Below, piece by piece: positions 39,901 to 50,715 of a DNA stretch of 64,000 bases. Position 1 is the first letter of the stretch. Each line of letters starts with the position of its first letter. The stretch covers positions 1,490,001 through 1,554,000 of the forward strand of contig NC_045698.1 in the NCBI RefSeq assembly GCF_009834535.1, in the 5' to 3' direction. The DNA comes from Camelus ferus (Eukaryota). Under the pieces are notes generated by a model, which saw only the letters and a list, made by a program, of their open reading frames with translations, did no database searches and was not told the DNA's origin. The translations under genes were made by a program, and so were the position numbers.

Positions 39901-39990
39901 TATCAAGAAAATGAAAAGATAGCTCAGAATAGGAGAAAATATTTGCAAATCATATGTCAGATAAGGGATTTGTGTCTAAAGTATGTAAGG
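35680..39990 (+). mobile_element. Long decayed LINE-1 (L1M-type): 5' region, ORF1 and ORF2, internally deleted, 3' end missing
   Basis: ORF1 landmarks at 37020-37160 (ctcacaaacagattggagcagg...aaatgaacagagccc...tgggacaccatc). ORF2 landmarks at 37500-39990, including the frame KMAILPKLIYRF at 39219-39416. Many stops and frameshifts. Confidence 0.9.
36932..36961. repeat. (GT)n microsatellite, about 15 units
   Basis: Perfect dinucleotide run inside the L1. Confidence 0.95.
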
Positions 39991-40904
39991 GCAAACATCA
40001 GTAGAGTTATAGATTTCAACAACATGTTAATGTCTCAATTAACATGCTCAGGATATTGGAGCTAATTACTACAAAATATGCATTTTTGAAGACTCATGGA
40101 ACATTTATGAAAGATGACCATATGCTGAGCCATAAAACAGGATTCAACAAATTTCAAAGACCTGAAATCATTCAGAGTACATACCTTGACAACAGTGGAG
40201 GCAAGCCATAAATCAAAGACAAGAGAAAGAAACTGGAAAATATTCATATGTTTCAAAATTTAGCAATGCATTTCTAAATAACTGATGTGTAAGGAATAAA
40301 CCACAATGCCAACTAGAAAATAGTCTGAACTAGATAAAAATTAAAATACATTATTACATAAAAACTTGGGTGATGCACCTTAAATTTTGTCTTGAGAAAA
40401 GTTATGGTACTAAATGTATTTTTCATAATTCATGCATCAAGAAATCAGCAAAAAAGTAGGACATAATAAAAATATGAGCTAAAATTAATGAAATGGATAC
40501 TAAAAATATGGTGGAGATAATTATCAAAACTAAAAGGTTAATCTGAGTAAACTAATAAAATTAATACAGACTTGACAAGGGACATCACCAGGGTGGGTGT
40601 AGGAAGGTTGCAAGGGAGATAAGGAGACAGCATGTAATTGATATAATAGTGAAAAAAGTGACACCACTACAGATCTCACAGATAGTAAAAAGAAAAGAAA
40701 AATTCTGAATAATTTATGGCAATAAATTTGAAAATTTAAATGAAATTGTCAAATTACTAGAAAAACACAACTTTCTAAAACTGACACAGACGAAGTAGAA
40801 CATTTGAAACATCCCTGAATTTACTATGAAATTAAATACATGATGAAAAACCTTCCAAAAAATATTCAGGCCCAGGTACCTTGCCTATAAATTTATTAAT
40901 ATAC
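39991..40904 (+). mobile_element. Older L1 ORF2 (endonuclease-to-Z region) fragment
   Basis: catggaacatttatgaaagatgaccatatgctgagccataaaaca...tgaaatcattcagagta restarts ORF2 at the endonuclease domain, so it is a different copy from the L1 before it. It resumes at about 41918-42230. Confidence 0.8.
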
Positions 40905-40919
40905 AAAAAATAATAAATC

Positions 40920-41902
40920 CATGTCTTGGCTATTGTAAATAGTGCTGCTATGAACATTGGGGTACAGGTGTCATTGTGAAGTAGGGTTCCTTCTGGATAT
41001 ATGCCCAGGAGTGGGATTCCTGGGTCATATGGTAAGTCTATTCCTAGTCTTTTAAGGAATCTCCATACTGTTTTCCACAGTGGCTGCACCAAACTGCATT
41101 CCCACCAGCAGTGTAGGAGGGTCCCCTTTCTCCACAGCCTCTCCAGCATTTGTCATTTGTGGACTTCTGAATGACGGCCATTCTGGCTGGTGTGAGGTGA
41201 TACCTCATCATAGTTTTGATTTGCATTTCTCTGATAATTAGTGATATTAAACATTTTTTCATGTGCCTATTGTTCATTTGTATTTCTTCCTTGGAGAATT
41301 GCTTATTTATGTCTTCTGCCCATTTTGGATTGGGTTGTTTGCCTAAATGTCCATCAACAGATGACCTGATAAAGAAGATGTGGTATATTTATACAATGGA
41401 ATACTATTCAGCCATAAAAAGTAACAACATAATGCCATTTGCAGCAACATGGATGCTCCTGGAGAATGTCATTCTAAGTGAAATAAGCCAGAAAGAGAAA
41501 GAAAAATACCATATGAGATCGCTCATATGTGGAATCTAAAAAAATAAAGAAAGAAATAAAAATAAAGAACATAAATATGAAACAGAAACAGACTCATAGA
41601 CATAGAATACAAACTTGTGGTTGCCAAGGGTGTGGGGGGTGGGAAGGGACAGACTGGGATTTCAAAATTTGTAGATACTTACAGGCATATGTAGAATAGA
41701 TAAACAAGATTGTACTGTATAGCACAGGGAAATATATACATATACACACAGGATCTTGTGGTGGCTCACAGCAAAAAAAAAAGTGTTACAATGAATATAT
41801 GTACGTTCACGTATAACTGAAAAAATTGTGCTCTACACCAGAATTTGACACAACATTGTAAAATGACTATAACTCAATAAAAAAAATGTAAAAATTAAAA
41901 TA
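40920..41902 (+). mobile_element. Young camelid-type L1 3' portion with 5' inversion (twin priming)
   Basis: Antisense part 40920-41340 encodes the ORF2 C-terminus ([23 protein letters not shown]). Sense part 41341-41902 ends in a poly(A)-like tail. TSD aaaaaataataaatc (40905-40919) / aaaaaataatatatc (41903-41917). Confidence 0.95.
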
Positions 41903-42245
41903 AAAAAATAATATATCGCCATAATAAAGTTTAGTTTATTTCAAGGATAACAGATTGAATTTAATATGTAAAAGTGAATCAATGAATTTCACTACTTCAA
42001 TAAAATAAAGGAGAAAATTTGTATAATATCACACTAGGTGTGTATATAGCATGTGAAAAATTCAGCATATCTTTGATATAATTTCTACAAATTCCAAAAA
42101 ATACAGGATAGAAGAAAATTTTCTTAAACTGACAAATTTTATGTATATATGTATATATGAAAAAACTACAGCTAACGTCACACATATTGGTAAAATACTA
42201 CGACGTGAAAATTGAGAATAAGCATACACTGTGTGTGTTATTCCA

Positions 42246-42363
42246 TATACACACACACACACACACTCACACACATATACACACACACACTCACACACAT
42301 ATACACACACACACACACATATATACACACACACACACTCACACACATAAACATACACACACA
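42246..42363. repeat. Compound (CA)n/(TA)n microsatellite
   Basis: About 120 bp of CA units with ta/ct interruptions. Confidence 0.95.
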
Positions 42364-42565
42364 CAGTCGATCTTGAATAACACGGTCCACTTACACTTGG
42401 ACTTTTTTCAGTAAGCACGTACCACGAAACTACCACGTGCAGCTGACTGAGCCCACAGGGGCAGACGTGCAGGTGCGGTGTGCAGATGGCACAGCTACGC
42501 ACAGACTTTTGAATACAGGGGGGTGGCTCCCCTAACCACCCCCCTCGTTGTTCAAGGGTCAGTTG
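42364..42565 (+). mobile_element. Tigger2-derived MITE (MER8-like, TcMar-Tigger)
   Basis: Imperfect TIRs cagtcgatcttgaataacacg ... cgttgttcaagggtcagttg, with internal ggtccacttacac...ttttttca and cccctaacc motifs. Confidence 0.8.
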
Positions 42566-42959
42566 CACACATGTGTGTGTGTGTGTGAGTTTACTAAGAA
42601 AATGGAATAATACGCAGCAGAGGGAGATGATGGTTGTAGTACACTTTTTCCAACAGAGAGCTGCATCCAGAACGTAAAGGAAACTTTAAAATTATTAAAG
42701 TTGTTGAGCTCATACTCAGCCCAACAGGAAAGTGGCCAGACTCTGGGCCCAGCCTGTGAGTCTGCAGGGTCTCTCTGCTCTTAGCTGAAAGGCCTCCTCC
42801 ACCCCTGTGGAGCCAGGTGTGCATGAAGAGGTGGATATGAGGCCAAGAGCAGAATGGGGAGGCCCAGGCTCACTGTGGATGTGGGCTCTGCCCTGCTCTG
42901 AGAAGTTTAACCTCAGGGTCAGATTTCCGTGTGAGGGAAGTGAGGAGGGGGACCAACAC

Positions 42960-43300
42960 CAGGGCAGGATCTGGACATTGGAAAGAGGGAGACCCATAAA
43001 GAAGACATTGGTGTAGTCCAGCCCAAGGGGAGAACTGGGCTCAGTCAGAATGCTGGAAGTAGATCTGAGGACACAGATGGGAGAAATGGAAAAAGATGAC
43101 ATGCAGGGTCTGGTCCCAGGAGCTGAGGGTGGTGGAGTCTTCACAGAGATGGGATTTGTGGGAGGAAAGAAGCCCATCTTGGATTCATAGTTTCACGTTC
43201 ACAGAAAGCCAAGAGCTCAGGGTGTGAGTGGGGCAGAGACGGGTGAAGGTGCCTGTTCAAGATCCTCATTGGACAGGTAGCAGAGATGGCCCTGGCGAGT
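42960..43300 (-). mobile_element. LINE-2 fragment
   Basis: tgtagtccagccc...tggaagtaga...aagatgac...ggtctggtcccaggagctgagggtggtggagtcttcacagagatggga resembles antisense L2. Confidence 0.55.
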
Positions 43301-43419
43301 CCTGAGCGGGCGAACACTGGAGAGCCACAACCAACCTCTGGCACTGGCCCTTCAGAAAGGAGCAAGAAGGAAAATGTGGAGAAACTGGCCATGGAGCCAG
43401 AACTGCCCCAGTGCCAACA

Positions 43420-45550
43420 GCACGTAAAGACTTGACAACAACCAATACAAAGAAAAACAATAAAACAAAACGACAGACCAATATCTTTATGGACACATGT
43501 AAAAATCCTCAGAAAAATGTCAGTAAATTGAAACCAACAATGTGTAAGAAAACTATACACCACGACCAAGTGGGCTTTTCTCAGGGTGCAAGCCTGGTTC
43601 AACATTCAAAAGTCAGTGCACCCACAACACAACAGACTGAAGAAGGAAAATCACATGGTCATGTCAGTAGATGTAGAAAAAACATTTGACAAAGTCCAAC
43701 TCCCATTCATGATAAAAAAAAATCTTGATAAACGAAGAACTGAGGGGAACTTCCTCAACTTGATATAGAATGTCTGTTTAAAAAAAAAAGAACTACAGCT
43801 AACAAAATACTTAATGGTGAGAAACTCAAAGCTTTAAGATCAGGTAGAAGGCAAGACGTGCTCCTCTCACCACTGCTTTTCAACATCATACTGGAAATTC
43901 TAGCTAATGCAATGTGATAAGAAGAAGAAATAAAAGGTCCACAGATTCAGAAGGAAGAGGTACTACTGTCTTGGTTCAAGGATGTCATGATTGTCTATGC
44001 AGAAAATCCTAAGTAATTGAGAAAAATCTCCTGGAACCAACAGGCAATGAAAGCAAGTTTGCAGAATACAAAATTAATGTGCAGAAGTCAATCACTTCCC
44101 TACATACCAACAGTGAACAAGCCAACTCCAAATTAAAACCTTAGTAACAGTGCATTAGCACTCTCCCCCACAAATGAGATGCTTGGGTATAAACCTAATA
44201 CAACATGTACAAGATCTACACGAGGAAAACTACAAAACTCTGATGAACGAAGTCAAAGTGCTAAATAAATGCAGAGACATCCCATGTTCATGGACAGGAA
44301 GGCTCAATATTGTCAAGCTGTCTGTTCTTCCCAACTCCATCTATAGATCAATGCAATCTCAGTAGGAATCCCACGAGTTGCTTTGTGGATACTGACAAAC
44401 TGATTATAAACTGATTTTGTGCAGAGACACAAAAGACCTAGAATAACCAACGTAATATTGAATTGCAAAAACAAAGTTGAAGGGCTGAGGCCACCTGACC
44501 TCCAGACTCACTACGAAGCTACAGTAAAGCAGACAGTGTGGTACTGGTTAAAGAACAGACCAAGAGATGAATGGAACATAAAAGAGGCCAGAAACAGACC
44601 CCAAAAATAAAGTCAACCGATATTTAAAGAGGGGCCAAGTCAGTACAATGGAGCAAATGTAGTCATTTTAGCAAATGGTTCTGAAACAACTGGACACCCA
44701 CATACAAAGGACGAAGCTGGATACAGACCATGCATTCCTGACAAAAATTAACTCAAAGGGGACCATAGACCTAAATGTAAAACACAAGACTCTAGGAGTC
44801 CTAGCAGGTAATCTGGAAGGCGATCCAGGCAATTCACTTCTAGATGTACCACCAAGGGCAAAACCTCTGGGAGAAATCCCTGATGAGCTGAGTGCCATTA
44901 AAATGGGAAACTTCTCCATGAGAGACACCATCAAGGGATTGAGAAGACAAACCACAGGCTGGGAGGAAATGTTTGCCAAAGACACATCTGATGAAGGACC
45001 ACTGTATAAAGCATATAATGAAATCTTAAAAGTCAGCAGAAAGAAAACAAAAAATTTGATTAAAAAATAAGCCAAAGACCTGCACAGATGTCTCACTAAA
45101 GAAGATGTGCGTGTGGCCAATGAGCACGTGGAAGGTGCCCCACCCGCGTCACCGTCTGCGCACATGGGAGCGACAGCGAGGCGCCACCACAAACCCGTGG
45201 GAACGGCCAGAGTCCAGGACCCTGACAGCACGAAGCGCTGGCGACCTTGTAGAGAAACAGGGAGTCCCCTTCATCGCTGGTGGGAGTGCACGGGGCAGCT
45301 ACTTTGGGAAGCAGTCTGGCAGGTGCTCCCATAAATTAACAGCTCTTCCCAAACCATGCAGCAGTCACGTTCTTTGCATTTACCAAAATGAGTCAAAGAC
45401 TTGGGTCCCCAAAATACCTGCCCGTGGACGCTGACAGCGGCTTTATGCATAATTATCAGAACTTGAGAGCAACCGAAATACCCTTTAATAAGTGATGATA
45501 AATGAATTGGTATATTCTGACAACAAAATACTGTTCAGTCCTAAAAAGAA
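43420..45550 (+). mobile_element. Decayed L1 (L1MB/MC-like) ORF2 RT region through 3' UTR
   Basis: Frames QAWFNIQKS...HMVMSVDVEKTFDKVQ (RT), LGINL...DLHEENYKTL...DIPCSWTGRLNIVK and YEATVKQTVWYW are L1 ORF2p motifs. Confidence 0.92.
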
Positions 45551-48248
45551 ACCTCCGGGCTGGCCCCACCCCACCCCACCCTGACCCCTGGGTGGCTGTT
45601 TGCAGGGCTCAGACCCTGCACTCGTTTTATCGTGGGTCCTCCCCAGGCCCTGTGCGAAGTGTCCTCCGGTCTCCTGAGCAGAGCTGCCTGGTGGCATCCG
45701 CGGCTCCAGCGCTCCTGTCTGCGTGAGCCCCTCCCTCCTCAAAACAGGTAAATACGTAACAGCCATGCTGTAAAGGCAGCTGCATCCATGTCACATTAGA
45801 GCGTTTTCTGTGACCTGAAGGAGCGAGAACATTTCCACGTGCGCCCGGAGGTGCTGTCCGCCCGGGCTGGACCTGCTGTGCTCGGTGGGGAGGCCAGCGC
45901 TGCCCCTGCCTCGCGTCTCTGACTTTCCTTCGTCTCTTTCTCGCCGCTGTTCTGACTTGGGTGGAGGGGTGATGTCGCGGGTCCGGGGGTCAGACCTAGC
46001 CGAAGGCAATGCTGGAAGACGGGTCTGCATCTGCCCCTGTGGCTGTCCAGCCGCGGTGCATTTTCGGGAAAGCAGGCCGGGCTCAGAGCTGGAAGGGCCC
46101 GTGCAGGGAGGGGTGGTGGTGCAGCCATGGCACCAGTGGCCCGGCCCTCATCCGCTGGAGAGACCGAGAGGGGTGGCTTAGAGAGACTCCTGGCCGGCTG
46201 GACCGACAAGGGACAAGCTGCGTAACTTGGCTTCACTCCCTCGACACGCACATTTCCAGCTCCCCCCCAAGCACTCCCCATCCCATGAAGCCTGTCACGC
46301 TGTCACAGACGCCGGGACTGGGAAGCCTACTTTATGATGAGACCACCCTGCCTTCCCACCACCCACTCCTCGGCCCTCGTCCTCTCCTCTGAAACTACCC
46401 CGATGCGTCTTTTTCTCCTTCTCTAGCAAAACTGTCTAAATATGTGACTAAAGATACCGTGACTTTTATTTTCAAGCCGGGCTGGGATGGAGGGCGCCAA
46501 GTGGAGTTTCTGTGGCCGTTCGTGTTTTGCACTAAGGAGTTTTCACCTCCCCAAGGGCTGTCTTGCCTGGTTCTAAGTGGCAGCAGACGGCACAGCACTT
46601 CCTCAATGCCCCCCCCCCCACCTTCCTGCATCTTCCCCCGTTACGCAGGTTCAGACGGAACATCCAGAACATTTCCAGGCAACTTGCTCTGTGAACAATC
46701 CAGCGACAGGGCAGCCAAACCATTACTTACCAACCAGCCATTAAAGTTTCATAGACGCGTTATTAATTATTGAGGATTAATGCTGAGATCCAGCTGCGTG
46801 CCCCAGTTCCCTCCCAGGAGCCCGCGCCGGGGAGCGGGAACTGCTCCATTGCCTCTCACAGCCTCAGCTTCTGAAGCAGAAAAAGGAAACAAAACTGAAA
46901 ACCTGTGTTGAAGACAAAGGCAGGCGTGAGCTGTCCATCGTCAGGATGGATTATTCATAAGAAACATGGTAAAGTCGTGCCGGCCTGCTCCGACTCGGCA
47001 CCTGTCGGGGACCCTCCTCCTCAGCGATCTGCCGGGTCCGGGTCTGAAGCCCGATGCTCCTGCCGGGACGCCGCCCGGTCCAGTTGCGGCCGGCCCTGAA
47101 CGTCCACGGTCACGGCCAATTCCCTCCCCCGCCCAAGAATGAAATAAGTGTTTTCGCTTTCCTAAAAGCAAATTTTTCATCCCAAGTCGTCGCTAGTGCT
47201 ACCCAGTTCTCACTGAATTCTGCTCAGAAGAGCATTTCCCTGCCTTGTAGGTAACAAGTCACCAGGAGAAAGATGGACCTTTTTTTTCTAGCTCTGAAGG
47301 TTGCTCCTCAGTGAAACTGAATTCCCTGTATTTAAAATGTACTCCTTATCAGATAAAGGGCGGGGCCATTAAACAGAAATTAAGAACGAGGTTTCCTTGG
47401 TCTTTGGGACCAAGTAAGCGGGTCTTGGACTCCCGGGCGCACTCACAGGCGGATTAAAGGCTACCACGTGCTTTAGCAGTGAGAGTTTTACCTCTGGGCC
47501 CCTGGGAGGAGGGCCTGGGGCCGGGGCCACGTGGGGGCCCACCTCTCCCTGCACGCTGTCTGCGTGCGCAGCATCCCCACCAGCTATGGCAAGTCCGCGC
47601 GTCACAGTTACACAACGGCAGACTCAGAGTAGGACGTGGCTGGATCTGCAAATAACTGGATTAAACCACAAAATTTCCGAGACAAGGGAGTTAACAAACC
47701 TCTTTCTTATTTGTAATGATAAACTAAGATATATTTGTATTCAAAATCTTCACTCCCATTGAAAACAAAGTAACAGCTGGCTTCATGAACCTAATTGGTT
47801 TTGTTCAACTCAAAGCAAGAGCAGTTGAAAATGTGACCTTCGGTGCTGAATTCTTTGCAGGTGTCAGTAAGACGGCCACGCCACCGCTGAAGCCCGTCTC
47901 CGGCCCGTCTCTCGCCTGATGAGCACCCTTTCCTGTTGACTCCGCTGTGAAATGCGCATTGGCTGGTTAAAGTCTGGGAACAGTCAGCTCGTCGTTACGG
48001 GGGTGTCATTAAGATGGAAGAGACTGTCACCTGTGAGGTCCCCGCCTGATCTGGGAGTGGGGACCGAGGAGTCTGTGAAGCAGGCACGCCTGTGTTCAAG
48101 CAATGACTCGAAACCCACCCGGCTAAGCGGAAAACGGGGTGTTTCCAAGGAGCACGGCTCATGCTCCTGGCTACGCTGGGAGCGTCTGGGGTTCACCAGT
48201 CTCTGGGGTCGGGGAAGAGCTGCTTTGAGTCAAAGGATGTGTCCAATG

Positions 48249-48698
48249 TTTGGGTTGTTCCATGTCCTGCTGTTGTAAATGGTGCTGCTCTGAGCACTCG
48301 GGTGCAGGTGCCTCTTCACATTAGAGTTTCCTCCAGGTATGTGCCCAGGAGCGGGGCTGCTGGGTCATAGGGTAAGTCTATTTTTAGTTTTTTGAGACAG
48401 ATGACTGAATAAAGAAGTTGTGGTGTATTTATACAATGAAATACAACTCAGTCATAAAAAATAATAAAGTAGTGCCACTTGCAGCAACATGGAAGGACCT
48501 GGGATGGTCAATCTAAGTGAAGTCAACCAGAAAGGGAAAAATTGCCGTATGATATCGCTTGTATGTGCAATCTACAAAAAAGGGACACAAACGAACTTAT
48601 CTACAAAACAGGAAACAGACTCACAGACACAGAACAAACAGTTACGGGGGGGGGGTAAAGGGGGTGGGAAGGGTAAACTGGGGATTTGAACTTTGCAG
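48249..48698 (+). mobile_element. Artiodactyl-type L1 3' portion with 5' inversion, distal 3' end lost
   Basis: Antisense 48249-48396 (tttgggttgttccatgtc...gggtcatagggtaagtctatttttag), then sense from 48397 (acagatgactgaataaagaag...gcagcaacatgga...actgggatttg). Confidence 0.88.
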
Positions 48699-48835
48699 CT
48701 CTCGGGGAGGCGTGGAGATGCTGGCTGTGTTGATCCTGGTGGTGGTTTCATTCGTTTCATCAAAATTCACCAAATTGCACACCTGAAATACACGTAGCTC
48801 ACTGGGCGGGAGCCACACCGCAGTAAAGGCGCTAT
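48699..48835 (+). mobile_element. Old L1MC/ME 3' terminus
   Basis: ggagatgctggctgtgttgatcctggtggtggtttca...tcaaaattcaccaaattgcacacctgaaata...cagtaaag. Confidence 0.7.
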
Positions 48836-48879
48836 GAACAAAGGAAAAGGATGTATCAGGGGCGAGCGCTGAGACAGGC

Positions 48880-49720
48880 GAGCAAAGCCCGCCCACGCGG
48901 ACCCCTGCCGGGGGCGGGGGGCACATGAATGGCCGGGACCTCCCTGCCTGGCCCGGCGGCCTGGGGTCCGGTCCGGGAGGAGGAGGCTGCGTGGGGCGCA
49001 GGGGAGGGGTGGCTGGCACCTGAGACTTAGGGCCGTCCCCGCGAGGCAGAACCTCACTTCCTCAGGATCTCTTTAAGTGTGGACTTCGTCCCGCCCGGTT
49101 AGCAGGCCCGCGGCCGTGGTACACGACACGGGCACCCGGCGGGCTCCGGGGAGGAAGCTGGCAGCTCCTGGGACGGGTGAGCCTGGCCCCTGGGGGGGAG
49201 GAACGGCCTCCAGGAAGGGGCAGGTGGGTTAGCGGCTCCGGGCTGAGGCAGAGTCCTGGAAAACAAGGGAAGTCCAGTGGGTCAGTGAGAGCCTGGGGCA
49301 GAGAGAGATCAGCTCTCCGAAAGAGCCCTCCCCTCAGAGCCTGAACCGGGTGGGGGGGGGGGGCACCCCCAGCCCTGCGGGCGCTGCAGGCGCTGACCGC
49401 CCGGAGGAGGGGGGAGGGGCCTGGGCGCAAAGGCCGGGCTCAGACTCCTCCCCGGGGAGCAGGCCAGCGACCAGGAGGGCGGCAGGGCGCACAGGGGGCC
49501 CTCCTGCGCGCAGGGCGGCGGCCCCAGGCCACACTGCAGGCAGGCGGCGCGGGGCCGAGAAGGCAGGTCTCCGCCCCGAGCCGCGGCGCCGTCAGAGCAG
49601 GGCGCGTGCTCTGTAAGTGCTGGGCGGTCTTGTCTCTCACGGCAGCTCAGGAGGGACCGCGGGACGAGAGCGCCACGGGGCTCGAGCCTGGGTGCCCAAG
49701 GCAAGCCCGTCCGCTCAGGG
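48880..49720. promoter_or_regulatory. CpG island-like segment with GC boxes and G-runs
   Basis: Very GC-rich and CpG-dense, with ggggcgggggg at about 48910 and a long G run at about 49352-49363. No linked coding exon is recognised. Confidence 0.55.
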
Positions 49721-49989
49721 CGCTTCTGAGTGGGACTTGGGTCCCGAGGGGCAGGGGCACCCAGGGTTGTCAGCCCCCAGTCACAGGGAGCAGTTAGGGG
49801 GACAGAGCAGCCAAAAATGGACGTCCTTCTGACTCTGAGCCCGTCCCAGCCGAAGACGTCTCTGCCGGTACCTTCGCGCCAAGCTGGCGAGCTTCACCTG
49901 GTGTGAGGATGAGGGGGGAGCGGCGTCTGGTGCCGGCCCTGCCCTCCTGGCATGTGGGTGGGTAGTCAGTCTCAGGGAGCCGCGCCTGT

Positions 49990-50715
49990 TACACGTGTGT
50001 ACCTGTGTGAGTGTGAATGGGGGTAGGGGTGCGCACACGTGCAGTGAGTTGTGCACGTGGCATGCGTGTTTGTACGTGTAGGTGTGAGTGGCTGCCTGCA
50101 TGCTTGTGTGTGCACTTGTGTGAGTCGCAAGTGAATGTGTACCTATGCGAACGTGCACACCTGTGTGCATAGGTGCTAGTCTGTGCATGGGCGTCGTGTG
50201 TGGATGTGAGTGTGCATCCGTGTCAACCTGTGTGTGAGTGTGCATGCGGAGGTTCATGTGTGCACACGTGCACGTGTGGGAAGATGAATGTTTCCCTAAT
50301 GTTTGAGTGTGTGCATGTGTGGTCGTGTGTTGAATCTGCTTCCACGTGTGTGTACACGCAATGAATGTGCGAGGGCCACCGTGCTGGTGTGCACATGGGT
50401 ATGCCCCTCTGCTTGTGCGTCTGTGGGTGGGTGCCTTGTGCAGCCATGCACTTGTGCGAGCATGTGCCTGGTGAGGACTTGTGACTTTGTGATCATGCAT
50501 GTCTTTGTGTTTTGTGCACACGTATTCATGTGCACTTGCTGGTGCGTGTGTTTTTCCACACGTGTGTTTTTACCCCGATGTGTCAGTGCCTGCCTGGTGT
50601 GCTCACATGCACGTGTGCACACCTGAGTGGGAGGTTGTGAGTGTGCACACATGTCTGTGCTACACACGGCCCTGTGTGACCGCGTGGCTGTGACCCTGTA
50701 GGCAGGTGCATGTGC
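49990..50715. repeat. Degenerate (TG)/(TGCA)-rich low-complexity tract
   Basis: About 700 bp dominated by tgtg, gtgc, catg and cacg. It yields spurious Cys/Val and His/Thr ORFs. Confidence 0.88.

Noticed and set aside
49781..50693. His/Thr-rich and Cys/Val-rich ORFs suggesting metal-binding proteins
   Set aside because: They are artefacts of the degenerate TG/CA tract.
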